Shown here one piece after another: positions 22,605 to 34,640 of a stretch of DNA of 51,875 bases (the first letter of the stretch is position 1; every line of letters begins with the position of its first letter). This DNA is from Gonapodya sp. JEL0774 (taxonomy: Eukaryota): positions 124,001 to 175,875 of the forward strand of contig JADIIX010000037.1 in NCBI GenBank assembly GCA_027604505.1, in the 5' to 3' direction. The translations under genes and the position numbers were made by a program. The notes below the pieces were generated by a model. The model saw nothing but the letters and a program-made list of their open reading frames with translations. It was not told the DNA's origin and did no database searches.

Positions 22605-25337
22605 CTAAATCTTAGCCTTAATCTTAACCTCACCCAATTCTGCAACACCCTGTTCCATTGTCTTCTTAACATCCCTCAAGACTTGCGTTACGGTATCGCG
22701 GAACTTGATCGAGTCCACATCGGATGCAGATCGCAGGGATGAGATAGAGAACATCATCCAATCTTCCTGTGTGTTATAATTGCACCCATAGCCTGAACAA
22801 ATGAAAGAACGTGAGAGCCGCAATACATAACATAGTTCCCGGCCCACAATAGAATGCCCACCATCAGGAGCTGTTGGCCCGAATCCGGCAAGAGTTTTGT
22901 TGCTAACAGACAAGTTTGATGTTGATATCCGGTGATGCGACCCTCGAATATACAACTCATCAGTGAAAAGTGGGTGGAGTGTTTCTCCGGGCTTGTTCAT
23001 CGCCTTGAGACCTAGGTGCAAAGCAAAGTCGTGTTCACCTCACCCACTTCCGTGGAACCAACTATTGATATCCACTAACCCATCAAAACTCTGTCAATTC
23101 CCTGTCCCGCACTAGCCTCTCTCGAGTACTTGACATGTGCTTCACAGGCTGTACGTAGTAAGCGGACTTTTTCGGCAGCAGAAACTTTCGGATCATCAAA
23201 AGCATTGCAGAACCGTTCACTGTCCAAAGAACACACGCGGGTTGTTTCAGTGCGACCGAGGTCAAACTGGCGCGTTGAGGCGGTCTGTGGAGGGTGGTTG
23301 ATTCGGTTGGCATTTTCCTGGCACAGAATGATGGTGACCCGTAGGACTTACCTCATAGACCTGGGTTGGCCATTGGTACATCCTCTTGAACGCCATTTGC
23401 ATTATCATCTGAGCATACGCGTCGGGCGACACCTTTGCGGTCTTCTTAACAAAACCAGCGCCGTAGTCCTGGAAGTCGAGCACAACAGAGTGACAGGTGG
23501 CAATCCACTTGCTAATAAACTGCTGCGACTCAACAATGTTGGAGAGGGTCGTAGGTGTGGTGGTCCAAGTCAACTTGGTCGGCGTGGGAAGGCGGAGAGA
23601 AGAAATCGCGGTGGCAGGTTGGGGGGCCGGCTCGCTGTTAGTCACACGTTTTCGTTCTAGTTTAGACTGTTCTAGAAATAACACCATCTCTCGCAAAACA
23701 ACACTCACTTCTCAAGAACCCAGTTCACAATCTGATTTGGCACAGCTGCGTCGGACGGTGAGTGCTCGCCCATCATACCCGCACGGCCGTTTGATGCCAC
23801 GATGAATTGAAGTTCCTTGTCCGCCCAGCGGTTCCGAGAGTCAAAACCGTGGAAGAATTGTTGATGACGCTGGGTGCGTGAAAATGGTCAGTCGAACCTC
23901 GGAAGTAATCGATTACTTCCACTCACGGCATCCCACGTGTCAACAGTGGAGTAATCATCCAAGCACACCGTAAACAGAGCATCAACCATAATCTTCCAGT
24001 TATCTCTGTTCTTGCCTGAAAGCGACAACAGTTCCTTCGTGTATTCGTAAGTTCTGTCCCGTTGATTTGATGCGAAGATAGTGACTGGCGGTTCTGCGGG
24101 AGTGGAAAGAGCGGAATCGACACAGGATTTGAGTAGGCTGTACGTCATTAAATGGGGCATGGAGAAAGAAAACAGAATGTTTGGCGTTGGCGGTCTCCGA
24201 AAAGCTCCAAGGGCGAAACTGACCGCCTCATCTCTTCATTCGTAATCCTTTCCCCCCTATTGCCCAAGACGTCCACCTTAAACACCTGGTCTTTAACCAT
24301 GACGATGATGTGCTTGGCTTTGGCCGGATACGGGGTCACGATCGAGTCGTCAGGTGTGCCAGGGATCCGGGTAGCGCCATACAGAAGTGTGTACTGGTCC
24401 ATGGAGAGGGGGGTTGTGCGCTGCATATACTCAGGGGGAATCTCTTCTCTGGAAGTGGACAGGGGGAGGAGTACGCATAAGAGATGAGCATGACACTTTG
24501 ACGGACAAACGGAACCTCCGCCGAGTAGGACGACACAACAATCACAGCGAACACACCTCTCCAACTTTTCCTTGTAGGTCAGCAAATTCTGAACCAACCC
24601 GGCCGCGCGTTCAATCTGCCAATCGGTGCCTACGACACCCTTTTTAGGTGGTGATCTTACAAGCTCCTTGGGCTGATTTGGATGATCTTGGAGGAAAAGC
24701 AGCCAGTATGATACGTTGATGACAGAAGAGTCGCGATATGAGGTGTATGCGAGACGGAGCCACATGCGGTCGAGCCAGTTTCGCTGAAAGAAATACAAGT
24801 TGGTGGTTGGTCAGAAAGCAGTGAGCGAGTGCCCAGAATCGACCGTTTCTTAAGGTACATAAGCGATCGATTAACAGTATGGTATCCAACAGATCCTCTT
24901 CCCGACAGGATCAGTAGCCCGTCCCGGAAGTGCACGTAAAATATGCTCATACCACTGACGACCGGGTCCAGCCCATTAAAATTCACATAGCCAACGTCTT
25001 TATCCGTCATGGTTGTCCCTCGAAGAGATGTTCGGTCAGTCTTATCACCCACCGGCTGCGTTTTTGCGTACTCCTTCAGCCTGTTGTGGAGCTCCTCCCC
25101 TCTACCACCCCGAGCGAAAAAATCTTCAACCTTTCGAGAAAGCTCTTTCCACTCCTTCTCAGATCGAGCAATGGGCTGAAGTGATTTGAGCAACTTCTCC
25201 TTTGTTGGTGCGAGATCCGGAATAGGGAGTTTCGGCAAGGAGCTCTGGTTGGCAAAAGTTCGGAGCGCCGGCTTGGCAGCGGCCTTTGTATCTCTAGATT
25301 TCAAAAAGGGATGGGCGACTTGAAAATGGACAGCCAT
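22605..25337 (-). CDS. Carnitine O-acetyltransferase (choline/carnitine acyltransferase family), multi-exon
   Basis: TFANQSSLPKLPIPDL, NWLDRMWLRLAY, ATRIPG, NRWADK, catalytic GEHSPSDA, SPDAYAQMIMQMAF, GRTETTR, ISTSNL, FGPTAPDG|YGCNY. Ends KIKAKI*. In-frame upstream ATGs exist. Confidence 0.93.
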
Positions 25338-26020
25338 TGCGGAGAACGGATGTCGCGGGATGGATATGCGGAGCAACTCCATGAAGAGAGGGTCACCAAA
25401 GCATACAGAACGACTGTCATGTGAAAGCATGCTGTCCACTTTCCCAAAAATCCACTGTGCATTCCCTTCGCATTTCCGTAGGCCCCATGGGACATCTCTT
25501 GTCGGAATCGGCCGAGGTTTGGATTCCGACGGCAGTGAACAACAACTCGATCCGTCGAGCGATCTCTTTATTTAAGATGAAGCAGTGTTGATGCGTAGGG
25601 CTGAGCAACTTACCGGGATTGATTCTGGACCATTGTCAACTAATTGGGGAGTTTCCGTTGAGTTCTGTTTAACGAACACAGAACTCCGGGAGTGTTGGAC
25701 GATCAACGTCCCTGTGTACCTGAATCTCATCTCACGCACATATTTCTTCTCCAATTCCAATTCTCCAAAATGAAGATTTTCTTTGCAAAGAGTTTGACGT
25801 ACTTGTACCTTTGATTTCTTCTGCTTCCATCCTCTCGAACGATTCTCCAGAACACATCACCTCACTCTGTCTCCGTCTTGAAGCTCCTATATCCCTCGGA
25901 GCTAAACGAATTTCAAGAGCACATAGTGTAAGAAGACACATGCACCCGTGATATTCGCGTTTCATTTACATTCAAGTTATATGTTACATTCTCCGACCCA
26001 TAATTCTGCAAACGACTTTG

Positions 26021-29000
26021 TCATATACATCCTCGAACATAATCTTTCTCCGTGCTCGTTAAAATGTTCCAACCCTTTAATTCCCCTTCAAGCCAACGGT
26101 ACCCCTGCGGCAACTCATTCCACTTCTCGGGCTCCACCATGCCATTCCTTCTTTTTGACCGAGTACGGTCGCTCTCATTTCGTGCGCAATGGATGTGATA
26201 GAAGTGCGGAATGTTCAAATCGTCACGGATAGAGAAACAAACTGTCCCCTCAGTGATTGGTTGGGCACACTGAACCCGTGGGCCAGATTGGCGATACACA
26301 GCAATAAATTATGTGTTTTCCACAACAAATTATTTGTTAGCGACGTGTGACAGGCGACGGACCACGAACCGCGCGACTTGATGAACTCACCCCGCTGAAA
26401 TTGCAATTTGTCCTCGACGTCCTTGAGTGCTGCAAATTACAAGTGGTGAGCCAAGTGCACACCATGAGATCCCATCATAACTGTGCATGGCCTGCAAGTC
26501 AAACTTCATAACTCACAATAATAGAAACGTTACCCGGCGCCATGATAGCATCGCCTTCTTCCCCTTCACCGACGTCCTCCTCGTCTTCATCCTCGTCCTC
26601 CTCATCCCCGACGCCAATACCCCTTCTCCTCCTCCGTGCCCGTTCCCTCTCTTTAGCCCTGTTCATCTCAGCTTCCATCCGCATCCTGAGTCGTCTGGAG
26701 TGCGAGTGCATTAGATAATCACTCGCCGCTGCGGCGACAGCTGTCGCTCCGGGACCTGAGGCAGCAGCGGCTCCCTGGTTCATAGCAGAACGACCAAGAA
26801 GACTTCCACGGGTCCTATCAGCTGCTGTCCGTAGATCCATTGGATTCAGTTGCATCCCCGGAACACGAACATCCGGTAGCAGCGGTGAAGCAGCCACAAC
26901 GTTGCCAGTAGCCACGGCAAGCATGTTCCTCATCGCATCATAAATGTTCGATCCCTGAATGTTGTGTAAGCCTTGCTGCAACTGCATTCCAGCCAAATGG
27001 GCGGGGGATGGCTGATATCTAGCATTCATGGTCTGTCCGGGACCCGGCATATTCGGAGGGACCATCAATAGTGGAGGAAGTGGTCGCTGCCCGAAATGAA
27101 ACATGGGTTGCTGCGGAAGTTGAGGTCGCTGCGCCTGACTGGATGCGGACGCCAAACGAGACGCCACCCGAGCAGCTTCATCTTTTTTCCATTTTTCTTC
27201 ACGCTCCTTGCGTTCCTGGGTTGGCGTGCGGTGGCCCAGATTTGACAACACAAAAATTATCTAACATACTCGAAGCGAGCTCACCTCCATCTTTTGTTGA
27301 TTCATCTCCCCTGTTCTCAACAATTCCGGTATCAGCGTACTGTGAAGCATATCCCTCACGCTCACGTTCTCCGACAAAGGATAGTTCCCAGAAGTGGATA
27401 CCTGTACACCCTCACGACATGTCGGACAAGATGCATTCCGTTCAAGCCACGAGGTGATGCAGGGTCCACAGAATCCTGTTCGAATCAACACAGTTGGGCT
27501 GTTAAGGAACCCTGAATATGGACGCGCAGGGGGGAAAACTCACCATGCCCACAAGGAAGAAACTTTGGGACAATTAACCAGTCACAGCAAACAACACACT
27601 CCATGTGTTGCCTAAGTACATCAATCAGCGGATTGGCCTTGACTACGGAAGCGCTAGGCGGCACTTGTTCCAGAGCGGCAGGTTCCGTTTCCGTGATGAG
27701 AGTCGCAGTAGCAGTGGATAGGGAGGGCTCGAGAGTTTGCTCAGTGGCAGGTTGGGTGGATGCGGAAAGCTGAGAGAGCTTCGGATCTAGTGTACTGTTT
27801 GGAGCACTTTGCGAAATCGATTGCAGACTTCGGATATCGAGGGGAGGCTCCAGAGTAAGTGGGGCAATGGGAGGTGTGGCATTGCGTGCGAGTTCAGGAA
27901 TTTGGGCATCGCCTGAAAGTGACACCGGCAACGACGCGTGCTCCCTTGAAATGTCAGAAACTCCCGCCCACGCACCACCATCCTCGTCTGGAATGACTAT
28001 AGCGGATACCGAGCTCGAAATCGACCCACTCTCAACAACTCCTCTTCGCTCTGACCTCTGGGCAATGCGGAGGTTTAGGCGTCGGTGATCAGCCAGTGCA
28101 CTGTCCATCGAGTCCGAACTTCGGGACTGTAGTCTCTCGTCTTCTTCTTGGTCTCGCTCATCCAGACGAATCTTTCTCGCGATTTCGACCTTTGAGGCTC
28201 TTTTGCGTTTGAGGTCGGGCCGAGCTAACAAAGAGGCACACGATCCGGCGTCTTTGGTTTGCGACGATGCCATGCCGGCAGCTTGGGCGCGGTTGGAGGT
28301 AGTGAAGGGCATTGACCTTAGGCTGACTGGTGAATTCAGACGCAGCTTCATGCGGTCACTCAAGCTCTCTGCTTTTGTGGAGCTTTCCAAAACCTCAAGC
28401 TCCTCTCTACCACTCATCTTTCGCGGCTCAGAATCGTTGGTCATCGAGAAAGCATAAAAAGCCTCATCCTCCTCGTCAGAGTCAAACGCAGCGACTCTAC
28501 TCCCCGATCCTGAGGCAAACAGGCCATCAACTGACTGTTGCTTGGTGCGAGTCCGGGCCTGTCTTCGCCGCTGTAAAGAGGATATTGCCGCATCCAAACT
28601 ATTCCGTTCTGAAGCGTTTGCGGTTGCGTCTTTCAGACCTTCCCCAAAGAGTGTTGTGAAACCAGGCAGCCGGCCACCACTGGCAGACTGAGGTCTTAAG
28701 AAGGAAATTGAACGTGAATCTCGAAAACTCAAAAGTGAAGGTTCACGGCACGAGCTACTGGCTGCAATTTGTGGGGGATGAGAGACTCCAGCAAATGTAG
28801 ACAGAGGCGCATTCCCGGTGGAAGAAACAATCGGCATTTGCGATGTCGACGAAGCAACATGTGGCATAACGGGTCTCTGTCCATCGATCGCTACAGTGTA
28901 CACAAAAGAGGACACTTGGTTTTCGAGAGATCCGCCTGGGATGGTGTTTGGATCTCCACCACCGATGACAATAACATCACCAGTTCTTAAGGGTCCAACT

Positions 29001-29971
29001 TCGCGGCGGGAAGGTATACAACGCCCGTTGTGGAATGTCCGGTTCATGGAACTGTTATCCACTGAACGGAATTGCGTGTCAGGATTCCGGAAAAAGGTGG
29101 AGAAATACGAAAGGTGAGAAAGGGGTGAAGAAGAACCTACTAACGGAACTTGCTCACCCAAGAAAAAATCAAAGATATAACGAGGTGAGCTGGATCGTGA
29201 CTGGCGAGAACTAAAACCACAATCGCTGTTAATTAAGCATGCGTTCTTCCAAGAGCAGGTAGGCTACTTAAGCGACAGCAGGTACCCACTTTCGCCGTGC
29301 GCCAGACATATGGTCGTTGCCGTCATCAAGTTCATCATGGTCAGTGTCGGTGTCTGAGGTTCCAGACCCGGAGTCGGAAGAGCCGCCCGGCAGAGTTCCT
29401 GCCGCTAATCTCTGAGCCGTCCGGTGGCTCAACTCATGAACCGGAATTGCCTTGATGGAGCAGTGATTTCGGGATATGGAGGTGTCAACTAGATTGACGA
29501 AAAAGGCGCTGTCCGCAACAGGAAATGATGGAATGGTGCTGCTCGATCCTGTGACAACAGCAGTAGAGCTGGGGGGGTTGAGCACTGGGTGTGAGTGGAG
29601 GAGATACTGAGTGGTACCGTCTGTTGCAGTGGTTTGGCAGCATCCGACAAATCCTGCGGGTGGTTGCTGGACAGTGAAGAAAAGCATTCCAGCAATTGAG
29701 GTGAAAGTGATTCAATAGCAGTTACAATGCAACTCACGGGCTCAAAACGACCCAAGTGAACCGCCGTGAGTATATCATGGTCAGCAGGCTCAACGTCTGG
29801 TCCCACCGAGGGCATAGATGCAGCGGGGAACATCGAGCACGCGGCAGTTTCGACTGTTCCATCCTGCTTTCCAATCGAGCAGAACTGGGCTTTGGCGTTC
29901 AGCGTGATCCTCCTTGGAGCGGCTTGATTGGGGACAACATTCGATTTCAGCGTCAAAGAGAGTGAAGTCAT
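26021..29971 (-). CDS. FHA + RING (C3HC4) + PARP-type zinc finger protein; RNF8/CHFR/Dma-like E3 ubiquitin ligase
   Basis: FHA motifs HLGR, SISRNH and DNSSMNRTFHNG..LRTGDVIVIG; RING CVVCCDWLIVPKFLPCGH|GFCGPCITSWLERNASCPTCR; terminal HSRTSRTNCNFSG|CAQPITEG..HFYHIHC..ELKGWNILTSTEKDYVR. Confidence 0.8.
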
Positions 29972-30402
29972 CAGAGGCCCAGGTGGCGATGACACGTGAC
30001 TGGATATCCTTTTCGGCTACTGGTGCATTGTGTGAGCTGGTTCCCGCGATAATTATTGTGGAAAGGTCGAACAGTGGAAATGGGAAGACCATTCTTCCTA
30101 CTTTGGACAGCACCTAGCGACAGGCAATACCCACCCTAAAGTCGTGCCCTCCAGTGGCATTCGCAGGGGTAGCACTGACGAGGATATTTTGCTCAGAATG
30201 GATGCAAATGGATCAGTGTCAGTGTGGGGTATAAATGTGAAAGATAAGGTGTATTGTTATATACGGTGAGAGGAAACAAAGCACGATTTGTTTCTAGCAA
30301 TAACAATTTCCTCTGTTGTAGTCAAGCTTGGTGGTTGTTCACATTCAGTCACTTCAGATGCTCCTGGGGACAGTCCGTTTGCTAAAGAATACCTGAGCAA
30401 GG

Positions 30403-31385
30403 TCAGAGAAACCATTTGAACGCAGCATTTTCAGAAGTGATTTCATTCTGTTTCTGTTTGCCACTACCTTGCATGCGTAATCTTGAGTCTTTTGTGGGCA
30501 TAAAACTGGCAAGCATGCCAGGGAGGAATCTGTGCCTCTCAAGTACCAAAACACTCAAATCTGAAGCAGCTGGATGATCTTCGTGGCTCCAGAGTTTGTT
30601 CAGCGCTTCCATTGGTGTGATTCGTGGAGAGAGAGCACAACGAGCATGGTTGCAATAAGGCGCTCCGACTTCATCATGAGCACTTTGAGCAAACAATTGT
30701 CCACACACGGCGCATGTTTCTTTTAATTTCGTCATATCACGAATATGATAATTGAATTCATTCAAGTGCAATCGCTGATGTTCAGATGTGATATTCGGCG
30801 GACACTGGCAGCGAAAAACTTCAAAATGAACGTATCCACTGACAATCGCGGGCACAACGTACTCACTGTAAACGTTGCCATCTGTGATAATTCCAGCCGT
30901 GTCACTTCCCCTGGTGGCGCCATCCAATCCGTGAGGTGGTTATGGAGACGACAAGACGATGCGCTCTTCCAAATCCTGTGATGAGAGAGTGCGCTCTTCC
31001 GGGTGCTGTAGCGTCCAATTTGTTCGTTTTGTTCGGTGGTCTCACTGTCGCCAGATGTCGTTTCCGCTTGCGACCCATCAGTCTGTCAAGTCAAGGGGGT
31101 GCGATTGTGATCGCAATGAGCAACACAAACTACTTGTCAGTAAATTGTGCGAAGGCCACCATCGTTTCTCAAGAACAAGGACTTACGGTCCTAAAAGACG
31201 TATAACTCCATGCGAAATTGCCTCCAATCGATTCTCGAACTTACAGAGGGGAGCTGAAGGCGCTGGGAGTGGCTAGCGAACCTTTGGGAGGAAGACGCAG
31301 TAATAATGTCATCTGCTGACATAGAATCAGCTTTGTCGCTCACAAACTCAGGGGTTTTTTGAAAGATGCTTATGTGACGATTCAT
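30403..31385 (-). CDS. Hypothetical protein with Cys/His clusters; exon structure uncertain
   Basis: 174-aa ORF with CQC and CAVC..CNHARC, plus an upstream ATG exon ending in GTAAG. No family recognised. Confidence 0.35.
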
Positions 31386-31439
31386 ATTGCCATATCATTT
31401 GATAGTCTACAGTGGTTAGAGAATGAGAACGACAAAGAA

Positions 31440-33360
31440 AACCTCAATTGGAGGCCCTGTACAGCCTCCCAAGACAGGCCCATAGGGAATTGCTCATTCT
31501 GAGCAAAATAACATATCCCATCAGGCCTCCACCCTTGGAGCTATTCAATAAATTAAACAGCAGCCCAAAAGAGATCACTGGCACTAAACTACACTGGAAA
31601 AGTTCCCCAAATCCAGCCCAGTCTAGCTTCACAGCCTGCACCAGACGCCTCTCACCCAATGTGCCTTGCCCAGGCTCTTGCACATATCACTTGGGAAGGG
31701 CATGTGCAGTGAGACACTCTGGAAAACATATGCATAGAGATCAAAAACAATACCAGGCTTTGTAAAGAATAAGCAGAAAATAGATCTGATTCACCAGTGG
31801 TCTAGTTGATCCTTTGCATCAGGCACCTCCTCCTTCATCTGCCCCGTGCCCCTTCCCACATCCTTTATTGCCATGCACCCAAATTTTGTTGGAGATTGCC
31901 TTGATAGGGGACCATCAAGAGACCTGTGGCAGGAGGATCAGAACAAAGAGAACAAGGACTTGTCGTAGTGGTAGCACCCCTTTGCTCTTGAGTGGTTGTT
32001 TGTCTGGAGGATCCAGAAGCTGATCACGAGAGTCACAGGTGTTGCATTGTTGATGAATAGAGAATCATAGATGAAAAGGAGAAAATGACTGACCTGCAGC
32101 AGATATTCTAACTTCTGGATCTGTTTAGGTCTTTGGGAGTTGCTGGACATATCTGTCTTCACAGGGTGAGGAGCTCTACTTATGCTGGTTTGCCAGTTAT
32201 GGGACATTCTTTGACCACTGGTTCACCATGCTTGCCTCACTTCCTACTACCACCATGACCTCTCTTGTCATCATTATTCTCATCATCTTGAGCATCACCA
32301 CTGTCACCTGCACTGCCGCATGTGGTTTCTGTCTTCCTCAGTGTCAATCTCATGGATTTCACCTGACGCAGTTGTTTCCCTTACACCATTCTCATGTGGT
32401 TGTTACTCTGCTACAGTTTGCTTCCTACGTGATGTTATCTGGTTGAAGGTAAGGAGCGCTGTTGTCATGGGCCTTCCACTGGGTGGGGTGGGTTTGGTTT
32501 GTTGAAGTGTTCCAATGAGCGGTCCAGTTTCTTGCAGTGTTCAAGCAGTACCTTTTGACTTCCTCTGATTTTTTGGAGAAGCAGCATGCAAAGGGTTTAC
32601 AGAAGCTTGGTTTTGTTTTAAGTCAAGGAAACAAGGAACAGCAAACAGCAAATTTTAAACTGACCATAAGTGCGTTCACTATTTTTGTTCTTGCAGCCTT
32701 CACAATGATAGACTGGTACATCTGCAAGAATGCAGAATCACTGTTTCATGTGCCAATTCAGCTGAACTGCAGTATCTTGGTTCAGTGTCATCCTGGTACA
32801 ATTTCAAGTGGAGCTGCCAAGTTCTGTACATCCCCCACCCCTAGATCCATAGTATTGAGGACGAATGTTTTGTTTCAAAAGTATATTAATTTCAATAGAG
32901 AACTACACCATGATATGAGGCTTAAGCTTATACAGGCCCAGCACTCCATCTCACTTGCCATCCCTCTTCCCCAAATATTCCCACACAAGTTCTCACCTGC
33001 GTTACCTCTCCCACTCCCCCTCCCAGAACCACGCCAGTTTGATCCCATGTTGGTGCCAGCTTAGGACGCTTTGGGTCAGGTTCTAGTCAAGTAAAGACAG
33101 TAAGATTAGATCAATCAGAAAGCATAGAATTGCAAGAATGTACTCACCAGAGTCACTCTTGCTCTTGTCTGCGTGCTGACAAGGGGCTTTCCTTTGATTA
33201 GGACAAAGAGAAGGGGGTCATGCAAGCTGCTGGGCAATGGTTGCCAGGCCACACTCAGGTTGGGGAAAATTCACAAAGAAAGTGAGTCAATGTTTGTTTT
33301 TGTGACACACAAAGTGTGTGGCAAAATTGCGGTTGTGTGCACAGCCTGGTGCACCTAGTG
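31440..33360 (-). pseudogene. Decayed multi-exon gene of unknown family
   Basis: Intron signals (e.g. GTGAGT donor at ~33147). Exon-like frames such as EPDPKRPKLAPTW.. and VGDVQNLAAPLEIVPG*H*TKILQFS*IGT* are peppered with TGA/TAA stops, consistent with CGA/CAA to TGA/TAA changes. Confidence 0.4.
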
Positions 33361-33379
33361 AAAAACAATAGAGACCTCT

Positions 33380-34640
33380 CCACTCAGTCATTTATTCCGA
33401 CTGGGCCCCATTCTTGACACACTCCAGCTTGGTATATCTGCACTGCCTTCCATGGTGATCTAAATTGCCTTGTTGGTGTGGGTGCTGTCCTCTTCCTCAA
33501 AGGCTGCTCCCAGTGTCTCCACCACACCCATCGGTCACTGGGACGCCATCCAGACATGAATTCCCCAGCTGCGGGCAGGGATTCCTTTTCATACAGGTAT
33601 GTTGTGGTCACAAGTGCCCTTGGACTCAGCTTTAGTGACTGAATCAACCATTGGAGACATCTCGGGATCTGGCTCAGTCCTGAAAGCACGCTGTAGCAGC
33701 TTCCCAGCACACCCACAAGTACCATTGGTGTGTGCAGGACATGGCATTGGATTGCCATTGTCCCTGTGTTGCTCGGGGGACGCTACCACCAGACTGCGTT
33801 TCCTTTGTGAGGATCAGCAGTTCCACATGCCCCTACACCCCGCCCTCGAACTTTCACTCATTGGAGCTTTGATCTGAGGGCACATTTGTTGCGCCATCGG
33901 CCCTTTGAGCTCCTGCTTGCCAGTCCGCTCTCCCATGTGCCGCAGGACCCATGGGACCCTGCCCAGCCCCTCGGGGCTTGCGCAGGCAGGTTATCTCCCC
34001 CCATCACACATGTAGCCATGTTGGCGGGGAGCTCCCTTGTTGGGCCATTGGCCCTTTGAGCCCCTGCTTGCTTGCCACCTCTTCGAGGTGCCGCGGGACA
34101 CGTAGGACCCCACCCAACCCTGCAGGTGCGTTCTCCCCCACCCCCACACATATTGCTGCATTGGTGGGGGATTCCCTTGGGCCATACACGCCTCTGGGAC
34201 TGTACTTTCCACCCAACCCATTAGGACTTAGTCCCTCCCTCTGGCCCTGCACTCCTCGGCATTGCCTCTTCAAAGCTCTGCCAGTTGGCAAGTGCAAAGT
34301 ACTTTGCTCAGTCCCTGGGAAGAGGCTGAAGAGTCTTGGTGGAGCGTGTGGACCTTGGGTTCTTGAACCCTGGCCCCTCCTCTGGCACACACCAGTCGCG
34401 GGGGAAACACTGCGCGTTTTTCCCTGTGGTGTGCCAGCTGTCTCCAAATTTTGTTCCTCCCCACAAGCACGCGTACTTACCACCCCGGTGTGACCTGCCT
34501 TCAGATCACCACTCTGACTGAGTAGCTAGAGACACAAATGTGAGAGTAGAGAACAAAATACAACCTCACTGCCGTCCTACCTGTCAAACCTAAGAAAAGA
34601 GTCTACGCTGTGCCTATGCTATTATCTGGTGGCCGCTACA
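33380..34640 (-). mobile_element. Possible degenerate LTR-element remnant
   Basis: 34640-34489 reads TGTAGCGG...GGTCACA and is followed by a TGGTA motif. GC-rich internal sequence has an imperfect ~150-bp-period direct repeat (33893 vs 34043). No second LTR or pol motif found. Confidence 0.25.

Noticed and set aside
25440..25965. Possible upstream exons extending the carnitine acetyltransferase N-terminus
   Set aside because: A GTAAG..AAAG intron would join them in frame, but the peptide is unrecognisable and no clear start is supported. Needs RNA data.
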